Part shown: one piece after another, positions 1-9,362 of the stretch
How the letters are laid out: every line of letters starts with the position of its first letter
Numbering within the stretch: position 1 is the first letter of the stretch
Assembly: GCA_035556735.1 (NCBI GenBank)
Contig: DATMFF010000012.1
Span: forward strand, 3,705 to 27,704
DNA from: Xanthobacteraceae bacterium
GTDB taxonomy: Bacteria; Pseudomonadota; Alphaproteobacteria; Rhizobiales; Xanthobacteraceae
Direction: 5' to 3'
Length of the DNA stretch: 24,000 nucleotides
The notes under the pieces: generated by a model
Databases searched by the model: none
Told to the model about the DNA's origin: nothing
What the model saw: only the letters and a program-made list of their open reading frames with translations
Translations under genes and position numbers: made by a program

Positions 1-57
1 GCCGGTTCGGGCGTCCGCCACTGCGCCCTCGAATCCCGCACTCAGGAAAACGGTCGA

Positions 58-3015
58 ATGTCCCGCCAAGACGCCAATGCCGCCTTCGCCCTCACGTCTT
101 TTCTCTATGGCGGCAATGCTGCCTATATCGACGACCTCTACGCACGCTACGAGGTCGATCCTAACTCGGTCGATGCCGAGTGGCAGGTGTTTTTCGCCGG
201 CATGAAGGACAGCGCGGCCGACGTCTCAAAAATCGCGCATGGTCCGTCGTGGAAGCGGCCCAATTGGCCGCAGCCGTCGCGTGGAGAACTCATTGCGGCG
301 CTCGACGGCGACTGGGGCGAGGTCGAGCGCGCGGTCACCGACAAGCTGCGCGCCAAGGCGCAGACCAAGGGCGTCGAGCTTACGTCCGCCGACGTGCAGC
401 ACGCCGCACGCGACTCCGTGCGCGCGATCATGCTGATTCGTGCCTACCGCATGCGCGGCCACTTCCACGCCAACCTTGATCCACTCGGGCTCGAGCCCAA
501 GAAGGACGAGCAGGAACTCGATCCGCGCAGCTACGGGTTCACCGAGGCGGATCTCGACCGAAAGATCTTCATCGACAAGGTGCTCGGCCTCGAGTTCGCC
601 TCGCTGCGCGAGATCGTCGCGATCCTGCAGCGGACCTACTGCCAGACGCTCGGCGTCGAGTTCATGCACATCTCCAATCCTGCCCAGAAAGCCTGGCTGC
701 AGGAGCGCATCGAGGGCAAGGACAAGGAGATCAGCTTCACGCGAGAGGGCAAGCGCGCGATCCTCAATAAGCTCATCGAGGCGGAAGGCTTCGAGAAGTT
801 CTGCGATTTGAAGTTCACCGCCACCAAGCGTTTCGGCCTCGACGGCGGCGAGTCGATGATCCCGGCGCTCGAGCAGATCATCAAGCGCGGCGGCGCCCTC
901 GGTGTGAACGAGATCGTGATCGGGATGGCGCATCGCGGTCGCCTCAACGTGCTCTCGCAGGTGATGGGCAAGCCGCACCGGGCGATTTTCCATGAGTTCA
1001 AGGGCGGGTCCGCCAACCCCGACGAGGTGGAGGGCTCGGGCGACGTGAAATATCACCTCGGCGCTTCGAGCGATCGCGAGTTCGACAGCAATCGGGTCCA
1101 CCTTTCCCTCACCGCCAACCCGTCCCATCTCGAGATCGTCAATCCCGTGGTGCTGGGCAAAGTGCGCGCCAAGCAGGACCAGCACGGTGCGACGCGCGAC
1201 AATCGCACCATGGTGATGCCCCTGCTGATATCGGGTGATGCGGCGTTCGCAGGGCAGGGCGTGATTGCGGAGTGTTTCGGCCTTTCCGGTCTGCGCGGCC
1301 ACCGCACCGGCGGCTCGCTGCATTTCATCATCAACAACCAGATCGGGTTCACGACATATCCGCGCTATTCGCGCTCCTCGCCCTATCCGTCCGACGTCGC
1401 CAAGATGATCGAGGCGCCGATCTTCCATGCAAACGGAGACGATCCGGAAGCGGTGGTGTTCGCTGCGAAGGTCGCGACGGAGTTCCGACAGCAGTTCCAG
1501 ATTCCGGTCGTGATCGACATGTTCTGCTATCGCCGCTTCGGCCATAACGAAGGGGACGAACCCGCGTTCACGCAGCCGTTGATGTACAAGAAGATTCGGC
1601 AGCATCCGACCGCGCTGGAGATCTACTCCAAGCAGCTCGTCAGCGAGGGCGTCGTCACCGAAGGTGAAGTCGACAAGATGAAGGCCGACTGGCGCTCCCG
1701 GCTCGATGCCGAGCTCGAAGCCGCCCAGTCCTATCGCGCCAACAAGGCGGACTGGCTCGACGGCCGCTGGGCAGGGGTGAAGATCGCCGACGCGTCCGAC
1801 GATCCGCGTCGCGGCCGTACCGGCGTTGCGCTCGATACGCTGAAGGAGATCGGCCGCAAGATCACGGCGATCCCGGAAGGCTTCCAGGTTCACCGCACGA
1901 TTCAACGTTTCCTCGACACGCGCAAGAAGGCGATCGAGGAGGGGGCTCCGATCGACTGGGCCACGGCCGAAGCGCTCGCCTTCTGCTCGCTGCTGCTCGA
2001 AGGTCACCCGGTGCGCTTGTCCGGCCAGGACAGCGAGCGCGGTACCTTCTCGCAGCGCCATTCGGTGCTGATCGATCAGGAGACCGAGGACCGCTACACA
2101 CCCTTCAACCATCTTACAGAGACGCAGGCGCGCTACGAGGTGGTGAACTCGATGCTGTCGGAAGAAGCCGTCCTCGGGTTCGAGTACGGCTATTCGCTGG
2201 CGGAACCCAACGCGCTCACGCTCTGGGAAGCGCAATACGGCGACTTCGCCAACGGTGCGCAGGTCGTGTTCGATCAGTTCATTTCGTCGAGCGAACGCAA
2301 GTGGCTGCGTATGTCCGGGCTCGTATGCCTGCTGCCGCACGGCTACGAGGGTGGCGGTCCGGAGCACTCGTCCGCCCGTCTCGAGCGGTTCCTGCAGATG
2401 TGTGCCGAGGACAACATGCAGGTCGCCAACTGCACGACGCCCGCGAACTACTTTCACATCCTGCGCCGCCAGCTCAAGCGTGAGTTCCGCAAGCCGCTGA
2501 TCCTGATGACTCCCAAGAGCCTGCTGCGCCACAAGCGTGCGGTTTCGCGGCTGGACGAGCTCGTCACCGACACGACGTTCCACCGCCTTCTGTGGGACGA
2601 CGCGCAGCTTCTGCCGAACGAGAAGATCAAGCTCGTCGCTGACGAAAAGATCCGGCGCGTGATCCTGTGCTCCGGCAAGGTCTATTACGATCTCTACGAG
2701 GAGCGCGAAAAGCGGGGCATCGACGACATTTACCTGCTGCGCGTGGAGCAGCTCTATCCGTTCCCGATGAAGGCGCTGGTCCAGGAGATGGCGCGCTTCA
2801 AGCAGGCCGAGGTCGTATGGTGCCAGGAAGAGCCGCGCAACATGGGCGGCTGGCGCTTCGTCGAACCCTATATCGAATGGGTGCTCAACAACGTCGGAGC
2901 CAAGCACCGTCTTCCGCGTTATGCGGGCCGTCCCGCATCGGCGGCGACGGCGGTCGGCACCATGCCGAAGCATATTCAACAGCTCAACGCCTTCCTCGAG
3001 GAGGCGCTGGGCTAA
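58..3015 (+). CDS. sucA: 2-oxoglutarate dehydrogenase E1 component
   Basis: 985-aa ORF starting at ATG 58 with AGGAAAA at 44-50. The translation carries E1o hallmark blocks ([10 protein letters not shown] ThDP region, [30 protein letters not shown]). It is followed directly by E2 and E3 genes. Confidence 0.97.
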   Translation: MSRQDANAAFALTSFLYGGNAAYIDDLYARYEVDPNSVDAEWQVFFAGMKDSAADVSKIAHGPSWKRPNWPQPSRGELIAALDGDWGEVERAVTDKLRAKAQTKGVELTSADVQHAARDSVRAIMLIRAYRMRGHFHANLDPLGLEPKKDEQELDPRSYGFTEADLDRKIFIDKVLGLEFASLREIVAILQRTYCQTLGVEFMHISNPAQKAWLQERIEGKDKEISFTREGKRAILNKLIEAEGFEKFCDLKFTATKRFGLDGGESMIPALEQIIKRGGALGVNEIVIGMAHRGRLNVLSQVMGKPHRAIFHEFKGGSANPDEVEGSGDVKYHLGASSDREFDSNRVHLSLTANPSHLEIVNPVVLGKVRAKQDQHGATRDNRTMVMPLLISGDAAFAGQGVIAECFGLSGLRGHRTGGSLHFIINNQIGFTTYPRYSRSSPYPSDVAKMIEAPIFHANGDDPEAVVFAAKVATEFRQQFQIPVVIDMFCYRRFGHNEGDEPAFTQPLMYKKIRQHPTALEIYSKQLVSEGVVTEGEVDKMKADWRSRLDAELEAAQSYRANKADWLDGRWAGVKIADASDDPRRGRTGVALDTLKEIGRKITAIPEGFQVHRTIQRFLDTRKKAIEEGAPIDWATAEALAFCSLLLEGHPVRLSGQDSERGTFSQRHSVLIDQETEDRYTPFNHLTETQARYEVVNSMLSEEAVLGFEYGYSLAEPNALTLWEAQYGDFANGAQVVFDQFISSSERKWLRMSGLVCLLPHGYEGGGPEHSSARLERFLQMCAEDNMQVANCTTPANYFHILRRQLKREFRKPLILMTPKSLLRHKRAVSRLDELVTDTTFHRLLWDDAQLLPNEKIKLVADEKIRRVILCSGKVYYDLYEEREKRGIDDIYLLRVEQLYPFPMKALVQEMARFKQAEVVWCQEEPRNMGGWRFVEPYIEWVLNNVGAKHRLPRYAGRPASAATAVGTMPKHIQQLNAFLEEALG

Positions 3016-3030
3016 CCACGCATTCGTCGT

Positions 3031-3049
3031 GCCCGCGACGGACGCGGGC
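3031..3049 (+). other. GC-rich stem-loop in the sucA-sucB spacer (GCCCGCG acgga CGCGGGC), no U-tract
   Basis: 7-bp perfect stem with a 5-nt loop, read directly. It starts 16 nt after the sucA stop and has no T-run after it, so it is not a canonical terminator. It may be an intra-operon mRNA structure. Confidence 0.5.
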
Positions 3050-3114
3050 GCCCGCTCGGAATGGTATCTTCCGATCGGGCTCGCCGGCACGCCCGGCAAT
3101 GACACTGGACAAGC

Positions 3115-3140
3115 TGATCGATCAATCCAATTGGATCCAA
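3115..3140. repeat. Cluster of overlapping perfect palindromes (TGATCGATCA, ATCCAATTGGAT, TTGGATCCAA) just upstream of sucB
   Basis: Read directly: 3115-3124, 3125-3136 and 3131-3140 are each self-complementary. The tract is AT-richer than its surroundings and ends 5 nt before the sucB ATG. Confidence 0.8.
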
Positions 3141-3145
3141 CCGCA

Positions 3146-4375
3146 ATGACCGAAATACGCGTCCCAACCCTGGGCGAGTCCGTCACCGAGGCCACCATCG
3201 GCCGCTGGTTCAAGAAACCTGGCGAGGCGGTAAAGGTCGACGAGCCGCTGGTCGAGCTCGAGACCGACAAGGTGACGATCGAAGTGCCGGCGCCCTCGGG
3301 CGGCGTGCTGTCGGAGATCGTCGCAAAGGACGGCGAGACCGTTGCCGTCGGCGCGCTGCTCGGCCAAATCGCTGCGGGCGAGGCCGGTGCTGCAGCGCCC
3401 TCACCGGCCGCCAAGCCGGCCGCCGCGGAAAAGCCTGTTGCCGCTCCAGCCGCCAAAGCTGCCCCCGCGGCGGAGGCTCAGCTGGCGCCCTCCGTACGCA
3501 AGTTGTCGGCCGAAAGCGGCATTGATGCCGCCGGGGTTCCGGGCACCGGCAAGGACGGGCGCGTTACCAAAGGCGATATGCTGGCTGCAATCGAACGCGC
3601 TGCAGCAGCGCCGACGCCGGTGGCCCAACCGGCCGCCGCCGTGCAGATGCGCGCGCCATCGCCGCCTGACGACGCAGCGCGCGAAGAACGAGTCAAGATG
3701 ACGCGGCTGCGCCAGACGATCGCGCGCCGCCTCAAGGATGCGCAGAACACCGCCGCCATGCTGACGACCTTCAACGAGGTCGACATGGGTCACGTCATGG
3801 CGATGCGCAATCAATACAAGGATGTGTTCGAGAAGAAACACGGCGTGAAGCTCGGCTTCATGAGTTTCTTCGCGCGCGCTTGCGTGCAGGCGCTCAAGGA
3901 GATTCCCGCGGTGAACGCGGAGATCGACGGCACCGACCTAGTCTATAAGAACTATTACCACATCGGCATCGCGGTCGGCACCGAGCGCGGGCTTGTCGTA
4001 CCAGTGGTGCGCGACTGCGATCACAAGTCGTTTGCCGAGATCGAAAAGGAGATAGCCGACTTCGGCCGCCGCGCCCGCGACGGATCGCTCAAGATCGAGG
4101 AAATGCAGGGCGGCACCTTCACCATCACCAACGGCGGCATCTACGGCTCGCTGATGTCCACGCCGATCCTCAACGCGCCGCAGTCCGGTATCCTCGGCAT
4201 GCACAAGATCCAGGACCGGCCGGTCGTGATCGGCGGCGAGATCGAGGTGCGGCCGATGATGTACCTCGCGCTGTCCTATGATCATCGCATCGTCGATGGT
4301 CGTGAGGCCGTGACCTTTCTGGTGCGCGTGAAGGAATGCCTGGAGGATCCGGCACGGCTCGTGCTGGATCTCTGA
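3146..4375 (+). CDS. sucB: 2-oxoglutarate dehydrogenase E2, dihydrolipoyllysine-residue succinyltransferase
   Basis: Frame of ORF 2921..4375, started at ATG 3146 ([13 protein letters not shown], the lipoyl-domain N-terminus). It has the lipoyl-lysine motif ELETDKV, an Ala/Pro-rich linker, an E3-binding segment (PSVRKL...[12 protein letters not shown]) and the catalytic DHRIVDG. The upstream 75 codons of the ORF overlap the sucA 3' end and look non-coding. The product is 409 aa. Confidence 0.95.
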   Translation: MTEIRVPTLGESVTEATIGRWFKKPGEAVKVDEPLVELETDKVTIEVPAPSGGVLSEIVAKDGETVAVGALLGQIAAGEAGAAAPSPAAKPAAAEKPVAAPAAKAAPAAEAQLAPSVRKLSAESGIDAAGVPGTGKDGRVTKGDMLAAIERAAAAPTPVAQPAAAVQMRAPSPPDDAAREERVKMTRLRQTIARRLKDAQNTAAMLTTFNEVDMGHVMAMRNQYKDVFEKKHGVKLGFMSFFARACVQALKEIPAVNAEIDGTDLVYKNYYHIGIAVGTERGLVVPVVRDCDHKSFAEIEKEIADFGRRARDGSLKIEEMQGGTFTITNGGIYGSLMSTPILNAPQSGILGMHKIQDRPVVIGGEIEVRPMMYLALSYDHRIVDGREAVTFLVRVKECLEDPARLVLDL

Positions 4376-4447
4376 TTTGCCGTATCCGGATCGGTGGAGT
4401 GCCGCGCTTCGCCGACGGCCGAGCAGTTGAACAGGATTTGGACAGTC

Positions 4448-5851
4448 ATGGCGCAATACGACCTCATCGTTATCGGCTCCGGTCCCGGCGGCTACGTCTG
4501 CGCCATCCGCGCGGCCCAGCTCGGGCTCAAGACGGCAGTCGTCGAGAAGGACAAGACGTTCGGCGGCACGTGCCTCAACGTCGGCTGCATCCCTTCCAAG
4601 GCGCTGCTGCACGCCTCCGAGCTGTTCGAGGAGGCAGGCCACGCCTTCGCCAAGATGGGCATCGGCGTTGGCAAGCCGAAACTCGATCTCGCCGCCATGA
4701 TGAAGTTCAAGGACGAGGGCGTCGACGGCAACGTCAAGGGCGTCGCCTTCCTGTTCAAGAAGAACAAGGTCGACACCTACCTCGGCGTCGGGCGGATCGC
4801 TGCGGCCGGCGAGGTCGAGGTCAAGGGCGCTGACGGCAAGACGCTGACGCTGGAGACAAAGAACATCGTCGTCGCTTCGGGCTCGGACGTCGCCAGGCTC
4901 CGCGGCATCGAAATCGACGAGAAGCGCATCGTGTCATCGACCGGCGCACTGACGCTCGCGAAAGTGCCGCAGAAGCTGCTCGTGGTCGGAGCAGGCGTCA
5001 TCGGGCTCGAGCTCGGCTCCGTGTGGCGCAGGCTCGGCAGCGAGGTGGTGGTGGTCGAATTCCTCGATCGCATTCTGCCTGGTATGGACAGCGAGGTCGG
5101 CCGTCAGTTCCAGCGCATTCTGGAAAAGCAAGGCATGACCTTCAAGCTGGCGTCCAAGGTCACCGCCATCGACAAGTCCGGCAGCCGCCTCAAGGCGAGC
5201 GTCGAACCGGCCGCCGGCGGCGCCGTCGATACCATCGAGGCAGATGTCGCGCTGGTCGCGATCGGGCGCGTGCCCTACACCGACGGCCTGGGCTTGAAGG
5301 AGGCGGGCGTCGCGCTCGATGGGCGCGGACGCATCGCGGTCGACGCGCATTACGCCACCAATGTTCGCGGCATCTATGCCATCGGCGACGTGATCGCGGG
5401 TCCGATGCTGGCGCACAAGGCGGAGGACGAAGGCGTCGCGGTCGCGGAAATCCTTGCGGGCCAGGCAGGGCACGTGAACTACGACGTTATTCCCAATGTG
5501 GTCTACACCTATCCGGAAGTCGCCTCCGTCGGAAAGTCCGAGGATGAGCTCAAGCAGGCCGGCGTCGCCTACAACGCCGGCAAGTTCCCGTTCACGGCCA
5601 ACGGGCGCGCCAAGGTCAACATGCAGACCGAAGGCTTCGTGAAGATCCTGGCGGACGCTAAGACCGACCGCGTGCTCGGCGTGCACATCGTGGGTCCCGA
5701 CGCGGGCAACATGATCGCGGAAGCCGCCGTCGCCATGGAATTCGGCGGCGCGGCCGAGGACATCGCGCGCACCTGCCATGCGCATCCGACATTGACCGAG
5801 GCGGTGAAGGAAGCCGCGCTCGCGGTCGGCAAGCGCGCGATCCACATGTAG
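4448..5851 (+). CDS. lpdA: dihydrolipoyl dehydrogenase (E3)
   Basis: Frame of ORF 4394..5851, started at ATG 4448 ([19 protein letters not shown]-binding GxGxxG). It has the redox-active disulfide [13 protein letters not shown], a second dinucleotide fold [12 protein letters not shown] and the C-terminal HAHPTLTE. The product is 467 aa. Confidence 0.95.
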   Translation: MAQYDLIVIGSGPGGYVCAIRAAQLGLKTAVVEKDKTFGGTCLNVGCIPSKALLHASELFEEAGHAFAKMGIGVGKPKLDLAAMMKFKDEGVDGNVKGVAFLFKKNKVDTYLGVGRIAAAGEVEVKGADGKTLTLETKNIVVASGSDVARLRGIEIDEKRIVSSTGALTLAKVPQKLLVVGAGVIGLELGSVWRRLGSEVVVVEFLDRILPGMDSEVGRQFQRILEKQGMTFKLASKVTAIDKSGSRLKASVEPAAGGAVDTIEADVALVAIGRVPYTDGLGLKEAGVALDGRGRIAVDAHYATNVRGIYAIGDVIAGPMLAHKAEDEGVAVAEILAGQAGHVNYDVIPNVVYTYPEVASVGKSEDELKQAGVAYNAGKFPFTANGRAKVNMQTEGFVKILADAKTDRVLGVHIVGPDAGNMIAEAAVAMEFGGAAEDIARTCHAHPTLTEAVKEAALAVGKRAIHM

Positions 5852-5952
5852 CCAGACGGCATTTCGTCTACAGTACCTGACGGCTCTCGTCCCTCGCTCC
5901 GAGCGCGGCGGGCGATGGTTGGAACTTGCGTGCTGGCAGGGACAGGAAACAC

Positions 5953-6720
5953 ATGGCCAAAGGACACAAAGACAAGATCGCCGTCATCACCGGCGCAGGC
6001 GCGGGCATTGGGCAGGCCTTCGCCCGGCGCCTCGCGGAGGACGGCGTGCACATCGTTATCGCCGACGTCGGCGCGACAGATGAGACAGTCAAACTGGTCA
6101 ATCAGGCCGGACGCGAGGCACTCGCCTGCAAGTGTGACGTGTCCTCGCCCGATGACGTCGCCAGGCTCGCGAACGAGGTCGAGCGACGCTTCGGGCGCTG
6201 CGATATCCTCGTGAACAACGCGGGTATCTATCCGCTCAAGCGCTTCGAGGAGATGACTTTCGCCGACTGGCGGCACGTCATGAGCATCAACTTGGACGCC
6301 ATGTTCCTCACGTGCAAGGCGTTCATCCCGGGGATGAAGCAGCGTGGCTGGGGTCGCATCGTCAACATGTCGTCGAGCACCTTTGCCACGGTCGTGACGG
6401 ACTATACGCATTACATCGCCAGCAAGGGCGGTGTGGTCGGATTCACCCGCGCGCTTGCGACGGAATACGGCCCTCACGGCATCACCGTGAATGCGATCGC
6501 GCCCAGCCTCGTCCGCTCGCACGGGACGCTGACGCGCGCGCCGCGGTTCGGCCGCGCCAGCATCGACGAGGAGTTCGACGCCCTGGCCAAGCGCCAGGCG
6601 ATTCCACGTGGCGAGGTGCCGGAGGATCTGGTCGGCGCGTTGTCCTTCCTGACCAGCGACGATGCCGCCTTCTTGACCGCGCAGACGCTCTACGTGGACG
6701 GCGGGTTCGTGCGGGCCTGA
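5953..6720 (+). CDS. short-chain dehydrogenase/reductase (classical SDR, FabG-like), substrate unknown
   Basis: Frame of ORF 5926..6720, started at ATG 5953, which is preceded by AGGAAA (5944-5949). It carries the motifs TGAGAGIGQA, NNAG, catalytic Ser and YIASK (YxxxK). No terminator separates it from lpdA, so it may be co-transcribed. Confidence 0.85.
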   Translation: MAKGHKDKIAVITGAGAGIGQAFARRLAEDGVHIVIADVGATDETVKLVNQAGREALACKCDVSSPDDVARLANEVERRFGRCDILVNNAGIYPLKRFEEMTFADWRHVMSINLDAMFLTCKAFIPGMKQRGWGRIVNMSSSTFATVVTDYTHYIASKGGVVGFTRALATEYGPHGITVNAIAPSLVRSHGTLTRAPRFGRASIDEEFDALAKRQAIPRGEVPEDLVGALSFLTSDDAAFLTAQTLYVDGGFVRA

Positions 6721-6749
6721 CGGAGGCCCTCCCGCGCAAGCGCTCTGCT

Positions 6750-6765
6750 TCTTATATATATAAGA
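6750..6765. repeat. AT-only perfect 16-bp palindrome TCTTATATATATAAGA, flanked by GCGCT/AGCGC arms (6740-6744 / 6765-6769)
   Basis: Read directly. It is the only pure A/T tract of this length that I saw in the window. It lies 30 nt after the SDR stop and about 90 nt before the next ORF. Confidence 0.85.
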
Positions 6766-6821
6766 GCGCCACCGTGTCTGGTCGGAAAAAGTGCTGGCGG
6801 CCTTTCGTCCGATCGCACGTC

Positions 6822-6855
6822 GGTTTGATGAGCGCATGGGTTTGATGAGCGCATG
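6822..6855. repeat. Exact tandem duplication, 2 x 17 bp (GGTTTGATGAGCGCATG), plus a degenerate third copy
   Basis: Read directly: 6822-6838 equals 6839-6855. The last ATG of copy 2 (6853) is the first start codon of the downstream ORF. Confidence 0.9.
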
Positions 6856-7455
6856 ATTGAGCGAAGCGGTTTCCACTCCTCGGTCATGCGCCGGAGAGAT
6901 CCCACTGTGCGACGGCTGCTGCATCCGCTGCTGATCGTCCTCGCGACGATCTTCCTGATCGAGGCTTGGCTGTGGGATCACCTGCAGCCCGTGGTCGCCC
7001 GCCTCGTGGCGCTCATCCCGTTCGCTGCTCTCAAACGCCAGATCGGCGTTGCCATTGATCGCCTGCCGCCGCCGGCCACACTTGTCGTGTTCGTCGTCCC
7101 ATTGGCCGTCCTGTTTCCACTCAAGATCGCCGGGCTGTGGCTGTTGGCACACGGTGCCTTCATCAGCGCGGTTCTCCTGCTGCTATTCGCCAAGGTCATT
7201 GGCGTCGGCGTTACCGCGTTCGTCTTCGACGCGACGCGCGACAAGCTGCTGCAGATGGCGTGGTTCCGCCTCGTGTACCATCGGGTGATGGCGTGGCGCG
7301 ATTGGGCGCATGCCCTGCTCGACCCGATCAAACTGCGCATCCGCCGTGGTGTTGAGCGGCTGCTGCGGCAGCGAACGGGTGGCATGGTTGGGCTGCTCCG
7401 ACGCTTGCGCCGCATGCGTCGGCGGCCCGATGTCGGCGTGCGCAAGCCGATATGA
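6853..7455 (+). CDS. hypothetical inner-membrane protein (about 3 predicted TM helices, Arg-rich C-terminal tail)
   Basis: 200-aa ORF with three long hydrophobic segments (LLHPLLIVLATIFLIEAWLW, LVVFVVPLAVLFPLKIAGLWLLA, ISAVLLLLFAKVIGVGVTAFVF) and an amphipathic basic tail. I recognise no family. The start is uncertain (ATG 6853 or ATG 6886), and neither has a clear SD. Confidence 0.6.
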   Translation: MIERSGFHSSVMRRRDPTVRRLLHPLLIVLATIFLIEAWLWDHLQPVVARLVALIPFAALKRQIGVAIDRLPPPATLVVFVVPLAVLFPLKIAGLWLLAHGAFISAVLLLLFAKVIGVGVTAFVFDATRDKLLQMAWFRLVYHRVMAWRDWAHALLDPIKLRIRRGVERLLRQRTGGMVGLLRRLRRMRRRPDVGVRKPI

Positions 7456-7461
7456 GCGCCC

Positions 7462-8055
7462 TCACACGAGGTGCACGGCGTGCGGCGCAAAAAACGCGAT
7501 CGCCATGAAGCCGAGACCGGCGAGTCCCACGATCCCTGCGATCCATGACAGCGCCAGCATGCCGGTGATGATCGTCGCGGATGCCAGCACGATACCGATC
7601 TGGAAGGCGGCCGAGGCCACTTCGTAGTGATGATAACGTGCGAGTTGGGTGTCGCGCTCGTGCTCGTAATGCTCGGCCTGGGCGCGCAGCTCCTTGCGGC
7701 CATCCTTCTCCTGGGGGTCTGACTCGTAGCGCGCCACAGTCTTCTGCCAGGCATCGACCTGCTTCATCATCGCCGTCTTCGCGGCTTCGTCGGTGACGCC
7801 GGGCGCCTGTGCCGCCATGGCTTCGGCCGCGGTTCGCAGCGCGGTCTGCCGAATGGTCTTGGCCTGGAAGAAGTTCCAGGTGTCGGACGCCTTGATGTTG
7901 AGGCTGATGCTTTCTGTCTGCGCACTTTTGCCGAGCGTCTCGGAAAAGGCCAGAAACAATGCCAGCAGTGAGATCAGCAACGCGATCTGTTTGTTGTGCC
8001 CGGCCGCATGCTCGGCGTGCTCGTGATGCTCCATCGCCTCGTGTGCGCCGGCCAT
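7462..8055 (-). CDS. DUF4337-family membrane protein
   Basis: Frame of ORF 7462..8151, started at ATG 8055, which is preceded by GAGGGG. The His-rich N-terminus (MAGAHEAMEHHEHAEHAAGHNK), a TM helix, the block SAQTESISLNIKASDTWNFFQAKTIRQT and a C-terminal TM helix match my memory of DUF4337 proteins. The product is 197 aa. Confidence 0.78.
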   Translation of the reverse strand: MAGAHEAMEHHEHAEHAAGHNKQIALLISLLALFLAFSETLGKSAQTESISLNIKASDTWNFFQAKTIRQTALRTAAEAMAAQAPGVTDEAAKTAMMKQVDAWQKTVARYESDPQEKDGRKELRAQAEHYEHERDTQLARYHHYEVASAAFQIGIVLASATIITGMLALSWIAGIVGLAGLGFMAIAFFAPHAVHLV

Positions 8056-8295
8056 TGTCCCCTCGCGGATCGTTGTCGCGGCGAACGATTGGCCGAGGTC
8101 GCAAGGCGACGCAAGGGGGTGCGCCCGCGGGCAATCGGAAAAGGTGGACATTGGGTTGGCGGCCGATCCGCCGGTTCGTCAAGGGCGCGCCCGCCGCCAG
8201 AAGCTATCAGCGCCGAGCCGGCCCGTCGGCGGGCTTCTAAGCCGCTCATTTGTCTGCAAGCGCAGCCTGCCGCAAGCTGGCGCTGTCAAAGCGCG

Positions 8296-9267
8296 CTACG
8301 CCCGCGGATGGGTGCTGCGATAGACCTCCAGCAGGCGCTCGGCATCGACGCCGGTGTAAATCTGTGTGGTCGACAGCGAGGCATGACCGAGCAGTTCCTG
8401 GATCGCGCGCAGATCGCCGCCGCGGGCCAGCAAGTGCGTCGCGAAGGAATGACGCAGCGCATGCGGTGTCGCCGTGTCGGGCAGATTGAGCGCCCCGCGC
8501 AGGCGTTCCATGACAAGCTGCACGATTCGCGGCGACAGTGGGCCGCCGCGCGCGCCGACGAACAGCGGTCGGTCGGCCGCGAGGTCGTAGGGGCAGGCTT
8601 TCACGTACTCCGCGATGAGCTCAAGTACCTGGCGCAGCACGGGGACCATGCGGGTCTTGTTGCCTTTGCCGGTTACCACGATGACGTCGCCCTGGCCGGG
8701 CGCCGGCACCGCTCCGCGCGTCAGGCCGAGCGCCTCGGAAATGCGTAGCCCCGAGCCGTAGAGCAGGGCCAGCACCGCGGCGTCCCGCACGAGAACCCAG
8801 GCCTCGCGCTCTTCGCCGGTACGCAAGCCGGCATCGGACACCTGGCGGGCCGCGGTCATCGGCAGGGGCTTCGGCAGCGTCTTGGCCACTTTTGGCGCGC
8901 GGACCGCAGACAGCGCCGCGATATGGCCGTTGCCATCACGCTCGAGAAAACGGGCGAACGAACGCAACCCCGCCAACGCACGCATGAGCGAGCGGCTGGC
9001 GATGCCATCGGCGCGTCGCGCCGCCATGAAGGCGCGCACGTCCTGCGGCGCCAGCTTGGCAAACCGTGCAAGGCTGATACGTCCGCCGACGTGCCCGGCC
9101 AGGAACGCCAGGAACTGCAGCGCATCGCGCTGGTACGCTTCGCAGGTCTTCGCCGACATGCGCCGTTCGGCCGACAGGTATGTCACCCAGCGTGCCAGTT
9201 CGCGCGCCGTGTCGGAGGCAAGGAACGGTGGATCGGCAAAGGAACCGGAGGTTGAGCTTCTTGACAT
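8296..9267 (-). CDS. xerC: site-specific tyrosine recombinase, XerC-type
   Basis: Frame of ORF 8296..9324, started at ATG 9267, which is preceded by GGGAGGGG. It has an N-terminal SAM-like core-binding domain (YLSAERRMSAKTCEAYQRDALQFLAFL) and catalytic motifs (GLRISEAL, HALRHSFATHLL, LGHASLSTTQIYT). The XerC versus XerD assignment rests on remembered synteny and is the less certain part. Confidence 0.85.
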   Translation of the reverse strand: MSRSSTSGSFADPPFLASDTARELARWVTYLSAERRMSAKTCEAYQRDALQFLAFLAGHVGGRISLARFAKLAPQDVRAFMAARRADGIASRSLMRALAGLRSFARFLERDGNGHIAALSAVRAPKVAKTLPKPLPMTAARQVSDAGLRTGEEREAWVLVRDAAVLALLYGSGLRISEALGLTRGAVPAPGQGDVIVVTGKGNKTRMVPVLRQVLELIAEYVKACPYDLAADRPLFVGARGGPLSPRIVQLVMERLRGALNLPDTATPHALRHSFATHLLARGGDLRAIQELLGHASLSTTQIYTGVDAERLLEVYRSTHPRA

Positions 9268-9362
9268 GGTCCCCTCCCGCTTCCCCAACATTGCGGCGCG
9301 CTCTAATGCGAACTTCCGAAGCAAAGGGGCGCGACCTAACTATCTGGTACCAGTGTGACTTT

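Noticed and set aside
226-3456. 1076-aa ORF antisense to sucA and the start of sucB
   Set aside because: It lies entirely inside a CDS with unambiguous E1o homology on the other strand. The translation is low-complexity and rich in Arg, Ala, Leu and Gly, with no recognisable domain. Long stop-free antisense frames are expected in GC-rich DNA.
5569-7152. 527-aa minus-strand ORF overlapping lpdA, the SDR gene and the membrane-protein gene
   Set aside because: It is antisense to three plus-strand genes and crosses two intergenic regions, including the AT palindrome. It has no motifs and is a high-GC artefact. The same applies to 9409..10857, 15893..17083, 4934..5845, 3938..4642 and 11403..12302.
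7145-7158. Sigma-54-like TGGCAC-N5-GC sequence
   Set aside because: The GG-to-GC spacing is two nt short of the -24/-12 consensus. The site also lies inside the coding region of the membrane protein, with no downstream gene start.
8056-8295. 240-bp spacer upstream of the DUF4337 gene, with a CGCAAGG direct repeat (8100-8106, 8110-8116), hairpin ATCGTT/AACGAT (8069-8089) and palindrome GCCCGCGGGC
   Set aside because: These are short, GC-rich motifs of a kind expected by chance at this base composition. I could derive no promoter consensus (sigma-70 or EcfG GGAAC-N16-17-CGTT) and no terminator for xerC. The evidence is not strong enough to report as a finding.
8296-9267. The tyrosine recombinase as the integrase of a mobile element or genomic island
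   Set aside because: The sequence has the Xer-type N-terminal domain and motif spacing. It is flanked by housekeeping genes, with no phage or transposon genes, tRNA or direct repeats nearby.
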